Of a stretch of 64,000 bases of DNA, positions 27,511-37,903 are shown piece after piece. Numbering within the stretch: position 1 is the first letter of the stretch; each line of letters opens with the position of its first letter. Position numbers and translations under genes: made by a program. Origin of the DNA: Erysipelotrichaceae bacterium (GTDB lineage: Bacteria; Bacillota_I; Bacilli_A; Erysipelotrichales; Erysipelotrichaceae); the NCBI GenBank assembly GCA_031272515.1, contig JAISTR010000021.1, positions 17,306 through 81,305 on the forward strand, given 5' to 3'. The notes under the pieces were generated by a model. The model was given only the letters and a program-made list of their open reading frames with translations. It had not been told where the DNA came from and searched no databases.

Positions 27511-30000
27511 ATGAAAAAAATTTGTCATCTTCTAATATTCACGCTCCTGGCGTGCTGCCTGTTTTTTCCGGTAAAGACTAAGATTAAGGCGGATGATGTG
27601 AACTTGCCGCTGATCTTTGATATCGCAACCGGAAAATTCTATCTGGACAGTGCTGCCGGAAAATATAATGAGCTGGAACTTCCGGGTGAGTCTGCTTATC
27701 CGGATGAAGAATACACAGAGCAAGCAGATAACTGGTCCTGGGATCCGGATACCAAGACTTTGACGCTGTCGGACTTTCACTATAAGGTAAGCGGCGCTCT
27801 GAGCGGTTATGGCGCAAATAAACTGGAACCGGGTGATCCGATGGGTTTTCGTGGTATTAGAGCACCAGCTTTAATCATTATGGATTCAACCATGCCGATT
27901 GAGAACGCCTATGGCGATTCTATTAACATTGTCTTGGAAGGGGATAACAGTCTGGAGGGTCCTACTGATTGTGTATATTACACAACTGCCGGCTTGTGGC
28001 TGGAAGTACAAAAAACCACTTTCAGTGGTTCCGGCTCCCTGACCCTGCAAGGCGGGACAGGCCACCATTCCCAAGGTTTATTTGTGTGGGCAGGAGCGAC
28101 CGCTGATACTTTTGTAACAATCAACAATACGGACATAAAAGCTTATGGCGGTACCGCCTCCAGTTATCCGTATGTATATGATCGGGAGTTATCTGTGGGA
28201 ATTATCATGTCTGGTAATTTAATCCTCAATGGTGGAACCCTGGATGCAGTTGGTGGGCCGTCGGGTGACGACTCGAAAGGAATTAACCTGTCAACTGGGG
28301 AAATCATCGTGAATGATGGTGTGTTAAATGCCAGCAGCAGTGATGTTATCGCAACAGAAGGTGCTGATTTATATGGACTGGCTGTTGGAGGGCACTCCAA
28401 TGCTATCACGAATATGAGCGATGCCCTTAATCCGGGCAATACCAGTGCGTTAAATGAAGTTCCTACATATGGGGGAACTGTAACGGTAAACGGAGGCGAG
28501 TTAAACGCGATTGGCGGAACCGTATACAATGGCAAACAAAGCGGAAATCCATACTGTTTCAGCGCCGGAATTATTCAAGGATATTTGATTGTGAATGGCG
28601 GAACAGTCAACAGTTCGGCATATGCATATGGTGCTTACATAACTCACAGCACAATTGTGAATGACGGGAGTGCAAACATACAGAGCAATGGTTATGGCTT
28701 AGTTACATTAAACACTGTGGAAGTGAGCGATGGTACATTGTATGTCAGCGGGTACTCGGCAGGAATTTATATTCCAAGCAATGACCTTATATTTACTCAG
28801 GGAGAATTGGGAAAAGGTGAAATCACGGTAATTTCCTCAACGAGTGCATTATATCAAACCGTGGGTTTGAACCTGCCCCAATACTACCAATACTGGACCA
28901 ATACAGCGGCAACGGATGAAGGTGCACAGCACTTCACCGTGATTCCGGATGCGGACTTGAGTAATAAAGCAACCTATAAATTCATCCGCATCAGAGACTT
29001 TGATCCGTATGTATCGGTTGCCTTTGACCCGAACTATCCGGATGATGCCAGCGGCTCCTCTGATATCGAGTATGCCAATCAAGATGGTTATTTGATTGGA
29101 AGTGATGTCGATGTGAACTTCACCTATGTACCCGATCTTCCAATAAAAAACGGCGGTGTCTATGAATTTGCCGGGTGGGCAACCACTGTGGATGGAGCTG
29201 TAGAGTTCGTACAAAATGACACAACAACCCTCACGAATATATCCGAAGACGCGACTTTCTATGCAGTCTGGACCTGGATTCCGGATGTCTATTATACAGT
29301 CAGCTTTGATCCCAATTATCCGGCAGATGCAACTGGCGAAGGTCAAATCACCTATGCCAACCAGGATGGCTATCTCAAAGGCAGCGATGTCGATGTAGAT
29401 TTGGCTTTGCCATTTGAGGCGCCAGAAAAAGAAGGCGGACACTACGAGTTTGCGGGTTGGGCTTTAGTACCGGATGGAGTCGTGATTTATCAGGAGGATG
29501 ATCAAATCACCATCCATGGAATCACGCAGGACACTACCTATTATGCTGTATGGCAATGGGTGGATGATGTCTACTATCAAGTCAATTTCGATCCGAATTA
29601 TCCTCAAGATGCCAGCGGTACTTCAAAGATTACCCCCGCCAACCCAGACGGTTATCTAAAAGGCAGCAATCCCGAAATCACCTTCGACTTCATTCCGTTT
29701 TCTCCTGTGAAGACAGGCGGTTACTACACCTTTGCGGGCTGGGCGGAAAGTGAAGAAGGAACACCGTTATATTCCTATGGGGATATCGTGGAAATACATG
29801 CAATTGACAGTGACAAGACTTACTATGCGATCTGGACCTGGGTCGCAAATACCCCGGCCCCAGAGCCGACACCTGTTTATCCTGATAACAACTCGCCGGT
29901 TACCGGCACGCTGGATAGCGGTTATGCGCTGCCGCTGATGCTCTTGAGTATGATGGCATTGCTGTACATCCAAAAAAGAAAAAACCAAAAAAAAGGATAA
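27511..30000 (+). CDS. cell-surface protein: signal peptide, Gly/Asn-rich beta-helix-like repeats, three Listeria-Bacteroides (Flg_new-type) repeats, C-terminal SPVTG sorting-like motif + TM + basic tail
   Basis: Three ~95-aa repeats F(D)PNYP.DA.G...YAN.DGYL.GS...F(E)FAGWA....YYA(V/I)W. Repeated NGGxL(N/D)A(I/V)GG units. C-terminus NNSPVTG...LPLMLLSMMALLYIQKRKNQKKG. Confidence 0.75.
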   Translation: MKKICHLLIFTLLACCLFFPVKTKIKADDVNLPLIFDIATGKFYLDSAAGKYNELELPGESAYPDEEYTEQADNWSWDPDTKTLTLSDFHYKVSGALSGYGANKLEPGDPMGFRGIRAPALIIMDSTMPIENAYGDSINIVLEGDNSLEGPTDCVYYTTAGLWLEVQKTTFSGSGSLTLQGGTGHHSQGLFVWAGATADTFVTINNTDIKAYGGTASSYPYVYDRELSVGIIMSGNLILNGGTLDAVGGPSGDDSKGINLSTGEIIVNDGVLNASSSDVIATEGADLYGLAVGGHSNAITNMSDALNPGNTSALNEVPTYGGTVTVNGGELNAIGGTVYNGKQSGNPYCFSAGIIQGYLIVNGGTVNSSAYAYGAYITHSTIVNDGSANIQSNGYGLVTLNTVEVSDGTLYVSGYSAGIYIPSNDLIFTQGELGKGEITVISSTSALYQTVGLNLPQYYQYWTNTAATDEGAQHFTVIPDADLSNKATYKFIRIRDFDPYVSVAFDPNYPDDASGSSDIEYANQDGYLIGSDVDVNFTYVPDLPIKNGGVYEFAGWATTVDGAVEFVQNDTTTLTNISEDATFYAVWTWIPDVYYTVSFDPNYPADATGEGQITYANQDGYLKGSDVDVDLALPFEAPEKEGGHYEFAGWALVPDGVVIYQEDDQITIHGITQDTTYYAVWQWVDDVYYQVNFDPNYPQDASGTSKITPANPDGYLKGSNPEITFDFIPFSPVKTGGYYTFAGWAESEEGTPLYSYGDIVEIHAIDSDKTYYAIWTWVANTPAPEPTPVYPDNNSPVTGTLDSGYALPLMLLSMMALLYIQKRKNQKKG

Positions 30001-30150
30001 GAGATTCAATAGAACATCTGCATGTCGCAGGTGTTCTTTTTTTGTGCTTTAAAAACTTGTATTGACCTTTTTTTTAAACGATAATGGACCTGGGAATACC
30101 GATGAAACAGAGATGGATTAAAGCAGGAAAATATACCTACAGGAGGCACC

Positions 30151-31269
30151 ATGGGACTGTTTACACCCGCCTGGCAAAAAACAGACGAAGCCAAAGCTTT
30201 GTCGGCAATTGAGAAAATCACAGATGAGCAACAATTGGCGAAGGCTGTGAAGTCGGCACCATTAGTCAGTGTGAAAAGCGCCGCCTGTGCCCGGATTTCA
30301 AATCCGGACCTCCTTTTGGCGGTACTCAAGGATACTGGTGAAGTTTCGCTGTGGCGTGAATTTGTGTCTTTATTAGATGAAACAAGACAGAGGGACTTCT
30401 ATCAATTCTGTACGCACGCAAACAGCATAGCCAGCTTGCAGGATCCCCGAGATCAGGGTTTGCTGTATGGTTTTGCGATGCATCAAATCATGACAAATGT
30501 CGCCTTGATTGCCTTTGCCCATCTTCAAGATGACCATCTCAAGGCTGAGATCCTATTGACCAGAAAAATCCCGCTTTTGAAGGAAGAGGAAATTCCTTTA
30601 TATATCAAGGATCCCAAGGAACTGATTCCTTTTGCGATCAAAAATGTCAATCCCTGGCAAAGCAGTCCCGTACTAGAGGCAATTACCAAAGAGGAGGACT
30701 TGGCGGTTGTAATAAAGCACGCAAAGTCCAGTGCTACCCGCAATGCTGCCGTATCCCGGATCCATGATCCTGTCATCATCGAAGAGCTGGTGCTTAGTAC
30801 TGAGGTGAATTCCAGGGCGAAAGCGGAGCTGTCAAGAAAGGTCAATGACCAGAATTTGATTGCCCGCGCTTTGAGACAGAATCCCCAAAACGATCATCTT
30901 GTTCGATTGTTAACAAACAAAGAGGTGATTGTAGCCTTGCTGAAAGAGAAGGTAATTGCGGTGAACCACCTGAACTATCTGCAGATTGACCTGCAGGAGA
31001 TTTTAAACAGAAGGGAATTATCCGACTACCACAAAGAAGCTCTGCGGCTGTCAGGCGGATTTATCTGCAGCCAATGCGGCTACTGGCAAAAGCCCAAAGT
31101 GACTGAGCCCTGTACCTGTGATAAATGCAAAGCTTTAAACCATAACTACGAGTATCACTCAACCGTAGAACAAAGAGGAAGACATGAAAGCGGAGAACAG
31201 TGGAAAGAATGCAGCCGCTGTCACGATATAATCGAAAAAGAGCTGGTTTACCGCGATACTGATTATTGA
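30151..31269 (+). CDS. hypothetical protein with HEAT-like repeats and C-terminal Cys-rich zinc-ribbon-like region
   Basis: Cys pairs CSQCGY ... CTCDKCK ... CSRCH. Repeated A..S.....R...I.DP.LL..L-type helical repeats. Confidence 0.5.
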   Translation: MGLFTPAWQKTDEAKALSAIEKITDEQQLAKAVKSAPLVSVKSAACARISNPDLLLAVLKDTGEVSLWREFVSLLDETRQRDFYQFCTHANSIASLQDPRDQGLLYGFAMHQIMTNVALIAFAHLQDDHLKAEILLTRKIPLLKEEEIPLYIKDPKELIPFAIKNVNPWQSSPVLEAITKEEDLAVVIKHAKSSATRNAAVSRIHDPVIIEELVLSTEVNSRAKAELSRKVNDQNLIARALRQNPQNDHLVRLLTNKEVIVALLKEKVIAVNHLNYLQIDLQEILNRRELSDYHKEALRLSGGFICSQCGYWQKPKVTEPCTCDKCKALNHNYEYHSTVEQRGRHESGEQWKECSRCHDIIEKELVYRDTDY

Positions 31270-31408
31270 AGATGAAATGGACCAGTCAATATGGTCTTAC
31301 GGCTTTTTTGCTGCCTTTTCACCTGATTCTTGTATAAACCAGTCAACAGTCATGGAAAGCCAATAAAAAAAATAGTAAAATGGAATCAAGTCTAGTGAGG
31401 AGGGCTTC

Positions 31409-32410
31409 ATGAAGAAGGCTGCGGTCATAACTTTTCTGTTACTGAGCATGCTGCTGGCCGGCTGCCAGGAAAAGCCACCGGTCATCCAATTGGATGACGA
31501 ACCTTTTTTGGTTGAAGCTTCCCACAATCAGAAATTCGATATGGCGCAGGTCTATGATGCGGTGGACTTGTTGGATGGGTCTGGCAAGCCGCTGTCCGGC
31601 GACCTTTTGGAGATTAGCGGCAGCGTCGATTTAAACAAGCCGGGCAACTATACCCTGGAGCTGCGTCTGGTATACAAAAACAAGGTGGCAGAGGAGTCGC
31701 TGGTAGTCCATGTAGTGGACACCACCAAACCGCAGATTCTGACCGTGGATGATGAGCTGATGCTGGTAGCCGGCTCGGACCTGCAGCTTTTATTGCAACC
31801 AGCCCAAGTCAATGCCTACGACGACTTTGACGGCTTAATCAATGACCGCCTGAGTGCAACCTTTGAATCAACGACGGATTCCGTGGGGTCCTTCCCGGTC
31901 ACCTACAGTGTCATTGACCATGCCGGCAACAAAACCGAACTGGTGCTCACGGTACGGGTCACCAAGTCCATGGATGAATACGCCACCTATCTCTATTCTG
32001 AAGCCCTTGCCGTGTATCAGGGCAAGTACTTCGTAACCGATACCGGCAAAGAGAGTCAGGCGGATGTGCTCTTGAATTTGGAGAGCCAGATGAGCCGCTT
32101 TACCACCAAAGGACAGACCCAGTTCTATAACGCTGTCGGCTATAACAATTCGACTGCGGAAGTCACCGGCATCATCTCCCTGAGCAAGGATGGGGATGTC
32201 ATACATCTTTTAAAAAACCTCAGGGCACCGCGATCGGATTATATGGATACCAAGCTGGTGCTGATCAGTGCCAGGGATGACTACCGGCTCTATGAAGCGG
32301 TATCCACCTATGGTACCAGCAACCACATCACCGAAGAGGTGGTACACCGCTTTGCAATCAGACTGGTGGATGGCATCTGGCTGATTGATGAATTCACCTT
32401 ACCGAATTAA
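31409..32410 (+). CDS. lipoprotein with two Ig-like (DUF5011-type) domains and a C-terminal domain of unknown function
   Basis: Lipobox LLAGC. Repeats ...KPGNYTLEL... and ...GSFPVTYSVIDHAGNKTELVLTV... Confidence 0.55.
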   Translation: MKKAAVITFLLLSMLLAGCQEKPPVIQLDDEPFLVEASHNQKFDMAQVYDAVDLLDGSGKPLSGDLLEISGSVDLNKPGNYTLELRLVYKNKVAEESLVVHVVDTTKPQILTVDDELMLVAGSDLQLLLQPAQVNAYDDFDGLINDRLSATFESTTDSVGSFPVTYSVIDHAGNKTELVLTVRVTKSMDEYATYLYSEALAVYQGKYFVTDTGKESQADVLLNLESQMSRFTTKGQTQFYNAVGYNNSTAEVTGIISLSKDGDVIHLLKNLRAPRSDYMDTKLVLISARDDYRLYEAVSTYGTSNHITEEVVHRFAIRLVDGIWLIDEFTLPN

Positions 32411-32423
32411 CAGGAGGACAGAC

Positions 32424-33134
32424 ATGATTGAAATCAAGGGATACGGCAAGTCCTATGACAAGAAGAAAGTCATCGACAACATGGACTTGACCGTAGGAGA
32501 CGGGGAATTATTTGGTTTTATCGGCCATAATGGTGCCGGGAAAACCACGACCATCAAATCGATGGTCGGCATTCTGGAATTTGAACAGGGCGATATCTTT
32601 ATCAATGGATCTTCCATCAGGAAGGATCCCATCGCCTGCAAGTCCCAGATTGCCTACATCCCGGATACGCCCAACCTCTACGACAACCTGACCGGAGTGG
32701 CGTATCTGAACTTCATCTGCAACATCTTTGGAATTTCCAAGGAAGTAAGAAAACAGCGAATCGAGGAATTCGCCACTGAGCTGGAACTCATCAGCAACCT
32801 CGGGGATTCCATCTCTTCCTATTCCCATGGGATGAAACAAAAGCTGGCCATCATCGGCGCTTTGGTACACCAGCCCCGGATTATGGTATTGGATGAGCCC
32901 TTCGTAGGCTTGGATCCAAAAGCATCCTTTCTGGTGAAGGGCCTGATGCGCAAGCTTTGCGACCAGGGCGGCATTGTGTTTTTCTCCTCGCATATTCTGG
33001 AGGTCGTGGAGAAACTCTGCGACCGCATCGCCATCATTCAGCGCGGAGCAATCGTCAAGCATGGCAAGACCTCGGAAGTGATGGGCGACCAGTCGTTGGA
33101 ACAAGTATTTTTGGAGATGGTCGAACATGAATAA
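32424..33134 (+). CDS. ABC transporter ATP-binding protein
   Basis: Walker A GHNGAGKTT, signature YSHGMKQK, Walker B MVLDEP. AGGAGGA RBS before ATG 32424. Confidence 0.85.
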   Translation: MIEIKGYGKSYDKKKVIDNMDLTVGDGELFGFIGHNGAGKTTTIKSMVGILEFEQGDIFINGSSIRKDPIACKSQIAYIPDTPNLYDNLTGVAYLNFICNIFGISKEVRKQRIEEFATELELISNLGDSISSYSHGMKQKLAIIGALVHQPRIMVLDEPFVGLDPKASFLVKGLMRKLCDQGGIVFFSSHILEVVEKLCDRIAIIQRGAIVKHGKTSEVMGDQSLEQVFLEMVEHE

Positions 33135-34719
33135 ACTGTTGACCTTAATCAAGCTGGAGATTACTAATACCCTGGCGATCTTTCTGCAGTTTGGCAAAAG
33201 CAAGAAAAGACGGATCCGTTCCACTGTCGGTATTGTGCTTCTGGTGCTGGGGATTGCGGGGGTGTTTGCCTTTTATGCCTATACGATTCTCAAGTACATT
33301 CCCACCGGTTTTTTCCCATATGTGCTCTTTTTCTTTCTGGTATTCAGCTGGATCATGTCGATTATTTCCACCATGGCCACCGCTTCCGGGCACCTGTTTG
33401 GTTTTAGGGACATGGATACCCTGATGGCTTTGCCGCTGACCCGCAGTGAGATTCTGGCTGCCAAGCTGATTGCCTTTGTCGTGACCTCCTTTGTCACCGA
33501 TTTGATTTTTTCGGTTCCCCTGTTATCCGTATTCTTCTACTTCAATGGCGTAACCCTGCTGCAGGCGGTTTCCGCCATCATCGTACTGGTGTTCTTTCCC
33601 TTTATCCCGATTGTGCTTTCCGGGCTTTTGTCTTTTTTGTTCTCATTGATTGTTTCCAAGGGCAAGTACAAAGCCTATCTCAAAAGCATAGGCGGGGTTG
33701 TACTCATGATCGGGTTTTTGGTCCTGTATTACGGCTATTCCTTCTATCTGCAAGACCATCCGGAAGATATTCCAGCTCTGTTGAATGTGCTTTCGGTTGT
33801 CTTTAAGCCGATATCCTGGGCCAGTGATGGCATCTACTATGAAGAACCGCTGAAGATTTTGTACTTCGTGCTTTTAAACCTGGGTGCTTTCGCGCTGTTG
33901 GTAGTACTCTTTCAAAGGGTCTTTTTACGGGTCAATAATGTCCTGGATGAGGGTTTCAAAGAGAAGAACTATGTGTACAAGGCAGCCGGTCAGGAAGGTG
34001 TGCTGCTGACGCTTTTAAAGCGCGATTTCGTTTTCTACTTCACAACCCCTTCGTTAATGATGAACACGATTGTCGGACCCTTGATGTTGGTGGTGTTTTC
34101 CTTTATGCCGACCTTTGCGACCGGCGGTGTCAGCTTGAATGACCTGACGGCATTCTTTGGCCTGGATTCATCCATTATTTTATATCCGATGATTCTGTTC
34201 TTCTTGAGCATCGCCCCCTATACCGCTTCCTGCATCTCTGTGGAAGGGGAGGGGTTCTGGATTGTCAAGTCCCTGCCAGTCAAACCCAATCAGCTGTTCT
34301 TATCCAAGCTTTTGCTGCATTTGGTGGTGTGTTTGCCGCTTTGTTTTATAAGCCTTGGCATCTTTTCATTCACCTTGTCGATTCCGTTTTTGAAAATACT
34401 TCCGGCTTTGCTGCTGGTGGTTGCGGTACTGCTGTTTTCAGGTTTACTAGGCTTATGCGTCAATATGCGCAACCCCAAGATGGTCTGGACCAGCATAACC
34501 CGGGTTGTAAAAAACAGCATGAGTGTGACCGTCACCATGTTAATCTCGATGTTTGTCACCGCAGTGGTTCTGATTGCGGCCGTTTATTCATTATACCGGG
34601 GAATCTCCCAGGATGTTGTTATCTATGCGGTGATTCTCTTCTTTGCGCTGGTGGATGCCTGCCTGTTCTATCTGGTATTTGGTGCCGGCGATAAGCATTA
34701 TCTCAAGATTCCCGCCTGA
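33127..34719 (+). CDS. large polytopic membrane protein, putative ABC exporter permease partner (family not recognised)
   Basis: ~12-14 predicted TM helices over 530 aa. 8-nt overlap with the upstream ATPase gene. Confidence 0.6.
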   Translation: MNKLLTLIKLEITNTLAIFLQFGKSKKRRIRSTVGIVLLVLGIAGVFAFYAYTILKYIPTGFFPYVLFFFLVFSWIMSIISTMATASGHLFGFRDMDTLMALPLTRSEILAAKLIAFVVTSFVTDLIFSVPLLSVFFYFNGVTLLQAVSAIIVLVFFPFIPIVLSGLLSFLFSLIVSKGKYKAYLKSIGGVVLMIGFLVLYYGYSFYLQDHPEDIPALLNVLSVVFKPISWASDGIYYEEPLKILYFVLLNLGAFALLVVLFQRVFLRVNNVLDEGFKEKNYVYKAAGQEGVLLTLLKRDFVFYFTTPSLMMNTIVGPLMLVVFSFMPTFATGGVSLNDLTAFFGLDSSIILYPMILFFLSIAPYTASCISVEGEGFWIVKSLPVKPNQLFLSKLLLHLVVCLPLCFISLGIFSFTLSIPFLKILPALLLVVAVLLFSGLLGLCVNMRNPKMVWTSITRVVKNSMSVTVTMLISMFVTAVVLIAAVYSLYRGISQDVVIYAVILFFALVDACLFYLVFGAGDKHYLKIPA

Positions 34720-34736
34720 GTAAGGAGCACAGCAGT

Positions 34737-35579
34737 ATGTCTATTAAAAGAATTGGAGTTGCCCTAAAGGAAGGCTGTACCATCAATGGTGCGGATTTGG
34801 CTATCGCCAACCTCATCAGCAATGGCATGGACTTTGACTCTACTTATGCGGTACGCCGCTTTGATATGGAATACCCCCGCAATATGCTGCATCTGCCAGA
34901 GGTGGCGGACCTTTGTATCCGTTTGCGCAATGGCAATGCGGCGATTCTTTCCAACGGCGATTTTCCTTTGACCTATGGCGGGGACCACGCTTTAGCCATC
35001 GGCTCCATCGCTGCCAACAAGGACAGGGACCTGGGGGTCTTGTGGATTGATGCGCACGGGGATTCCAATACCGAGGAGACGACGATTACCGGAAGATTGC
35101 ATGGCATGCCTTTAGCCGCCCTTTGCGGCAAATGCCACAAGGTTTTGGGGGACCTGGTTTCTCCCTATTTTCTCGACCCCACAAATATCGTCTTATTTGG
35201 CGTCCGCGATATGGATTTTCTGGAAGAGCAGAACATCAAGGACTGGGGCATGCACCTGATTACGATGGATCAAATCAAGAAGGAAGGTCTGGTGACCTGC
35301 CTGGATGAGGCTCTGGACGCTTTGCGGGGTCTCAAGCAGGTTCATGTCAGCTTCGATCTGGATTCACTCAACCCGGAGGTGGCACCTGGTGTCAACACCC
35401 CGGTTGTCGGGGGTCTGGATTACGGCTCTGCCAAGATTATTTTGAAACAGGCACTGCGTCAATTGGCTGTGGTTTCGATGGATGTGGTGGAATACAATCC
35501 CATCCGTGACAAGGCCGGACTGACGCTGGACATCATCATGGAAACCGACCGTTTGATACAAAAAGAATACGGAGGGTGA
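34737..35579 (+). CDS. arginase/agmatinase/formimidoylglutamase (ureohydrolase) family protein
   Basis: GGDHALAIGS, DAHGD, SFDLDSLNP binuclear-Mn-site motifs. Confidence 0.75.
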   Translation: MSIKRIGVALKEGCTINGADLAIANLISNGMDFDSTYAVRRFDMEYPRNMLHLPEVADLCIRLRNGNAAILSNGDFPLTYGGDHALAIGSIAANKDRDLGVLWIDAHGDSNTEETTITGRLHGMPLAALCGKCHKVLGDLVSPYFLDPTNIVLFGVRDMDFLEEQNIKDWGMHLITMDQIKKEGLVTCLDEALDALRGLKQVHVSFDLDSLNPEVAPGVNTPVVGGLDYGSAKIILKQALRQLAVVSMDVVEYNPIRDKAGLTLDIIMETDRLIQKEYGG

Positions 35580-35585
35580 TAGTTT

Positions 35586-37076
35586 ATGGAAAAGTATATC
35601 TTAGCCATTGACCAGGGAACCACCAGTTCCCGGGCCATCCTGTTTGATCATGAAGGCAATCTGGTCTCCACCGCCCAAAAGGAAATTGAGAACTTCTTTC
35701 CCCAGCCCGGCTGGGTGGAACAGAGTGCCGATGAGATCTACGGCTCAGTGGCAGCGGTTTTGACAGAGTGTCTGGCCAAGGCGGGACTGAGCCTGGCGGA
35801 GGTAGCTGCCATCGGCATCTCCAATCAGCGGGAGACCACCATTGTCTGGGACAGCGATACCGGCAAGCCGGTTTATTTTGCCCTGGTATGGCAATCGAAA
35901 CAAAGTGAATCGTATTGTGAAGAGAAACGGGCAAACGGTCATGAGACCTTTATCAAAAAAAAGACCGGACTTTTGATTGATCCCTATTTCTCAGCCTCCA
36001 AAATCCGCTGGATTTTGGACCATATCGAAAACGGCCAAAAAAGGGCAGAAGCTGGTGAGCTGCTATGCGGAACAGTGGACAGCTGGCTGCTCTATCGCTT
36101 AAGCGGAAACAAAGTGCATAAAACCGATGTCTCCAATGCCAGCCGGACCCTGCTGATGGACATTCATACACTATCCTGGTCCAAGGAGCTCTGCGATATC
36201 TGGAATATCCCCTTATGCATCCTGCCGGAAATCTGTGCGACCAGCACGGTTCTGGCAGTCACCGATGCTACGATCTTCGGCATGGAGGTCCCCATTGCTT
36301 CGGTGGTCGGAGACCAGCAGGCAGCCCTGTTCGGGCAGACCTGCTTCAAGGAAGGGGAAGTCAAGAACACCTATGGAACCGGCTGTTTCCTGTTGATGAA
36401 TACCGGCAGTAAACCGGTGTTCTCCAGCCAAGGGCTGGTGACCAGCGTCGGCTGGAAAATCGAAAATGAGGTCACCTATGTACTGGAAGGCAGCGTGTTT
36501 GTGGCGGGAGCCGCCGTGCAGTGGCTGCGCGACCAGCTGCAGATCATCCCGGATGCACCCAGCAGTGAAGAGAAGGCCAAAAGCGTCAAGGACAATGGCG
36601 GAGTGGTGGTTGTGCCGGCTTTCTCCGGACTGGGGGCCCCTTATTGGAAGCCCAATGTCACCGGCGGCATCTTTGGTTTGACCCGCGGCAGCGGCCGCGG
36701 GGAGATCACCCGGGCGACACTGGAGTCGCTGGCTTATCAGACCAACGATGTCATTTTGGCGATGAGCCGTGATACCGGCTTTGCCTTATCCTCCTTGAAG
36801 GTGGATGGCGGTGCCTGTAAGAATGACCTCTTGATGCAATGGCAGGCGGATGTATCCCAAACCCAGGTGCACCGGCCGGTGATTTCGGAAACCACCGCTC
36901 TGGGGGCTGCCTATCTGGCAGGCCTGGCGGTCGGCTATTGGAAAAATTCAGAAGAGATTGCCTCCCGCTGGCGAAGCGAAGTAGTCTTTGAACCCAAACA
37001 GAGTGCGAGCGAGATGAAAGTTCACTTGGAGCGCTGGGAAAAAGCGGTAAAAGCCGCCATGCTGTTTGGCGAATAA
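35586..37076 (+). CDS. glpK: glycerol kinase
   Basis: ILAIDQGTTSSRAILFD N-terminus, FGGY-family motifs, 496 aa. Confidence 0.9.
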   Translation: MEKYILAIDQGTTSSRAILFDHEGNLVSTAQKEIENFFPQPGWVEQSADEIYGSVAAVLTECLAKAGLSLAEVAAIGISNQRETTIVWDSDTGKPVYFALVWQSKQSESYCEEKRANGHETFIKKKTGLLIDPYFSASKIRWILDHIENGQKRAEAGELLCGTVDSWLLYRLSGNKVHKTDVSNASRTLLMDIHTLSWSKELCDIWNIPLCILPEICATSTVLAVTDATIFGMEVPIASVVGDQQAALFGQTCFKEGEVKNTYGTGCFLLMNTGSKPVFSSQGLVTSVGWKIENEVTYVLEGSVFVAGAAVQWLRDQLQIIPDAPSSEEKAKSVKDNGGVVVVPAFSGLGAPYWKPNVTGGIFGLTRGSGRGEITRATLESLAYQTNDVILAMSRDTGFALSSLKVDGGACKNDLLMQWQADVSQTQVHRPVISETTALGAAYLAGLAVGYWKNSEEIASRWRSEVVFEPKQSASEMKVHLERWEKAVKAAMLFGE

Positions 37077-37132
37077 AGTAAAACGGATTGTTTAAAGAAT
37101 TGTTTCAGGTTTTAAGAAGGGGGTTTTTTAAC

Positions 37133-37903
37133 ATGAACCACAAAGAGGACTATACCGACATCAATAGCAGAACCTGGGACCAGTGGGCCAACCGCAGCAG
37201 TCCCTACACCATCCCGGTGAGTCATGAAACCTATCTGCAGGCCTTGGCCGGGCAGTGGGAGATTTATCTGACCCCCTGCCTTCCGGTCCCCAAGACCTGG
37301 TTTGGAAATCTCAGGGGAAAAGAGGTTTTGGCTTTGGCCAGCGGCGGTGGCCAGCAGGTTCCGATTCTGGCGGCAGCCGGCGCAAAAGTGACCCTGGTGG
37401 ATTATTCGGATGCCCAGCTGGAGGCGGATTTGATGGTGATGTCGCGGGAGAACTACCAGGCAAACATCATCAAAGCGGATATGTCAAAGCCATTGCCGTT
37501 TGAAAGCAATTTCTTCGACATGATTGTGCATCCGGTCGCCAATGTCTACATCGAGGATGTGCGCTCCCTTTGGCATGAGTGCTACCGGGTGCTCAAGAAG
37601 GAAGGCAGCATGCTGGCAGGGCTGGATAACGGTATCAATTTTCTGATTGATGAAGAAAAAGGTCTGCCGCTCACAGTAAGCAACAAGTTGCCTTATAATC
37701 CCTTGCAAGGGGATCCAGAGGAACTGCGCAGGATGATTGAACAGGGGGAGGGAATTCAGTTTTCCCACACCCTGGATGATCAGATTGGCGGTCAGCTCAA
37801 AGCCGGCTTTGTGCTGCTGGATTTGTATGAGGACCGCAACTTTGACGGACTCCTTAGGGAGTATGCCCCGCAGTACTTCTGCACACTGGCGAAAAAACCA
37901 TGA
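37133..37903 (+). CDS. class I SAM-dependent methyltransferase
   Basis: GKEVLALASGGGQQ motif I. Start at ATG 37133 after AAGAAGGGGG RBS. Confidence 0.65.
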   Translation: MNHKEDYTDINSRTWDQWANRSSPYTIPVSHETYLQALAGQWEIYLTPCLPVPKTWFGNLRGKEVLALASGGGQQVPILAAAGAKVTLVDYSDAQLEADLMVMSRENYQANIIKADMSKPLPFESNFFDMIVHPVANVYIEDVRSLWHECYRVLKKEGSMLAGLDNGINFLIDEEKGLPLTVSNKLPYNPLQGDPEELRRMIEQGEGIQFSHTLDDQIGGQLKAGFVLLDLYEDRNFDGLLREYAPQYFCTLAKKP

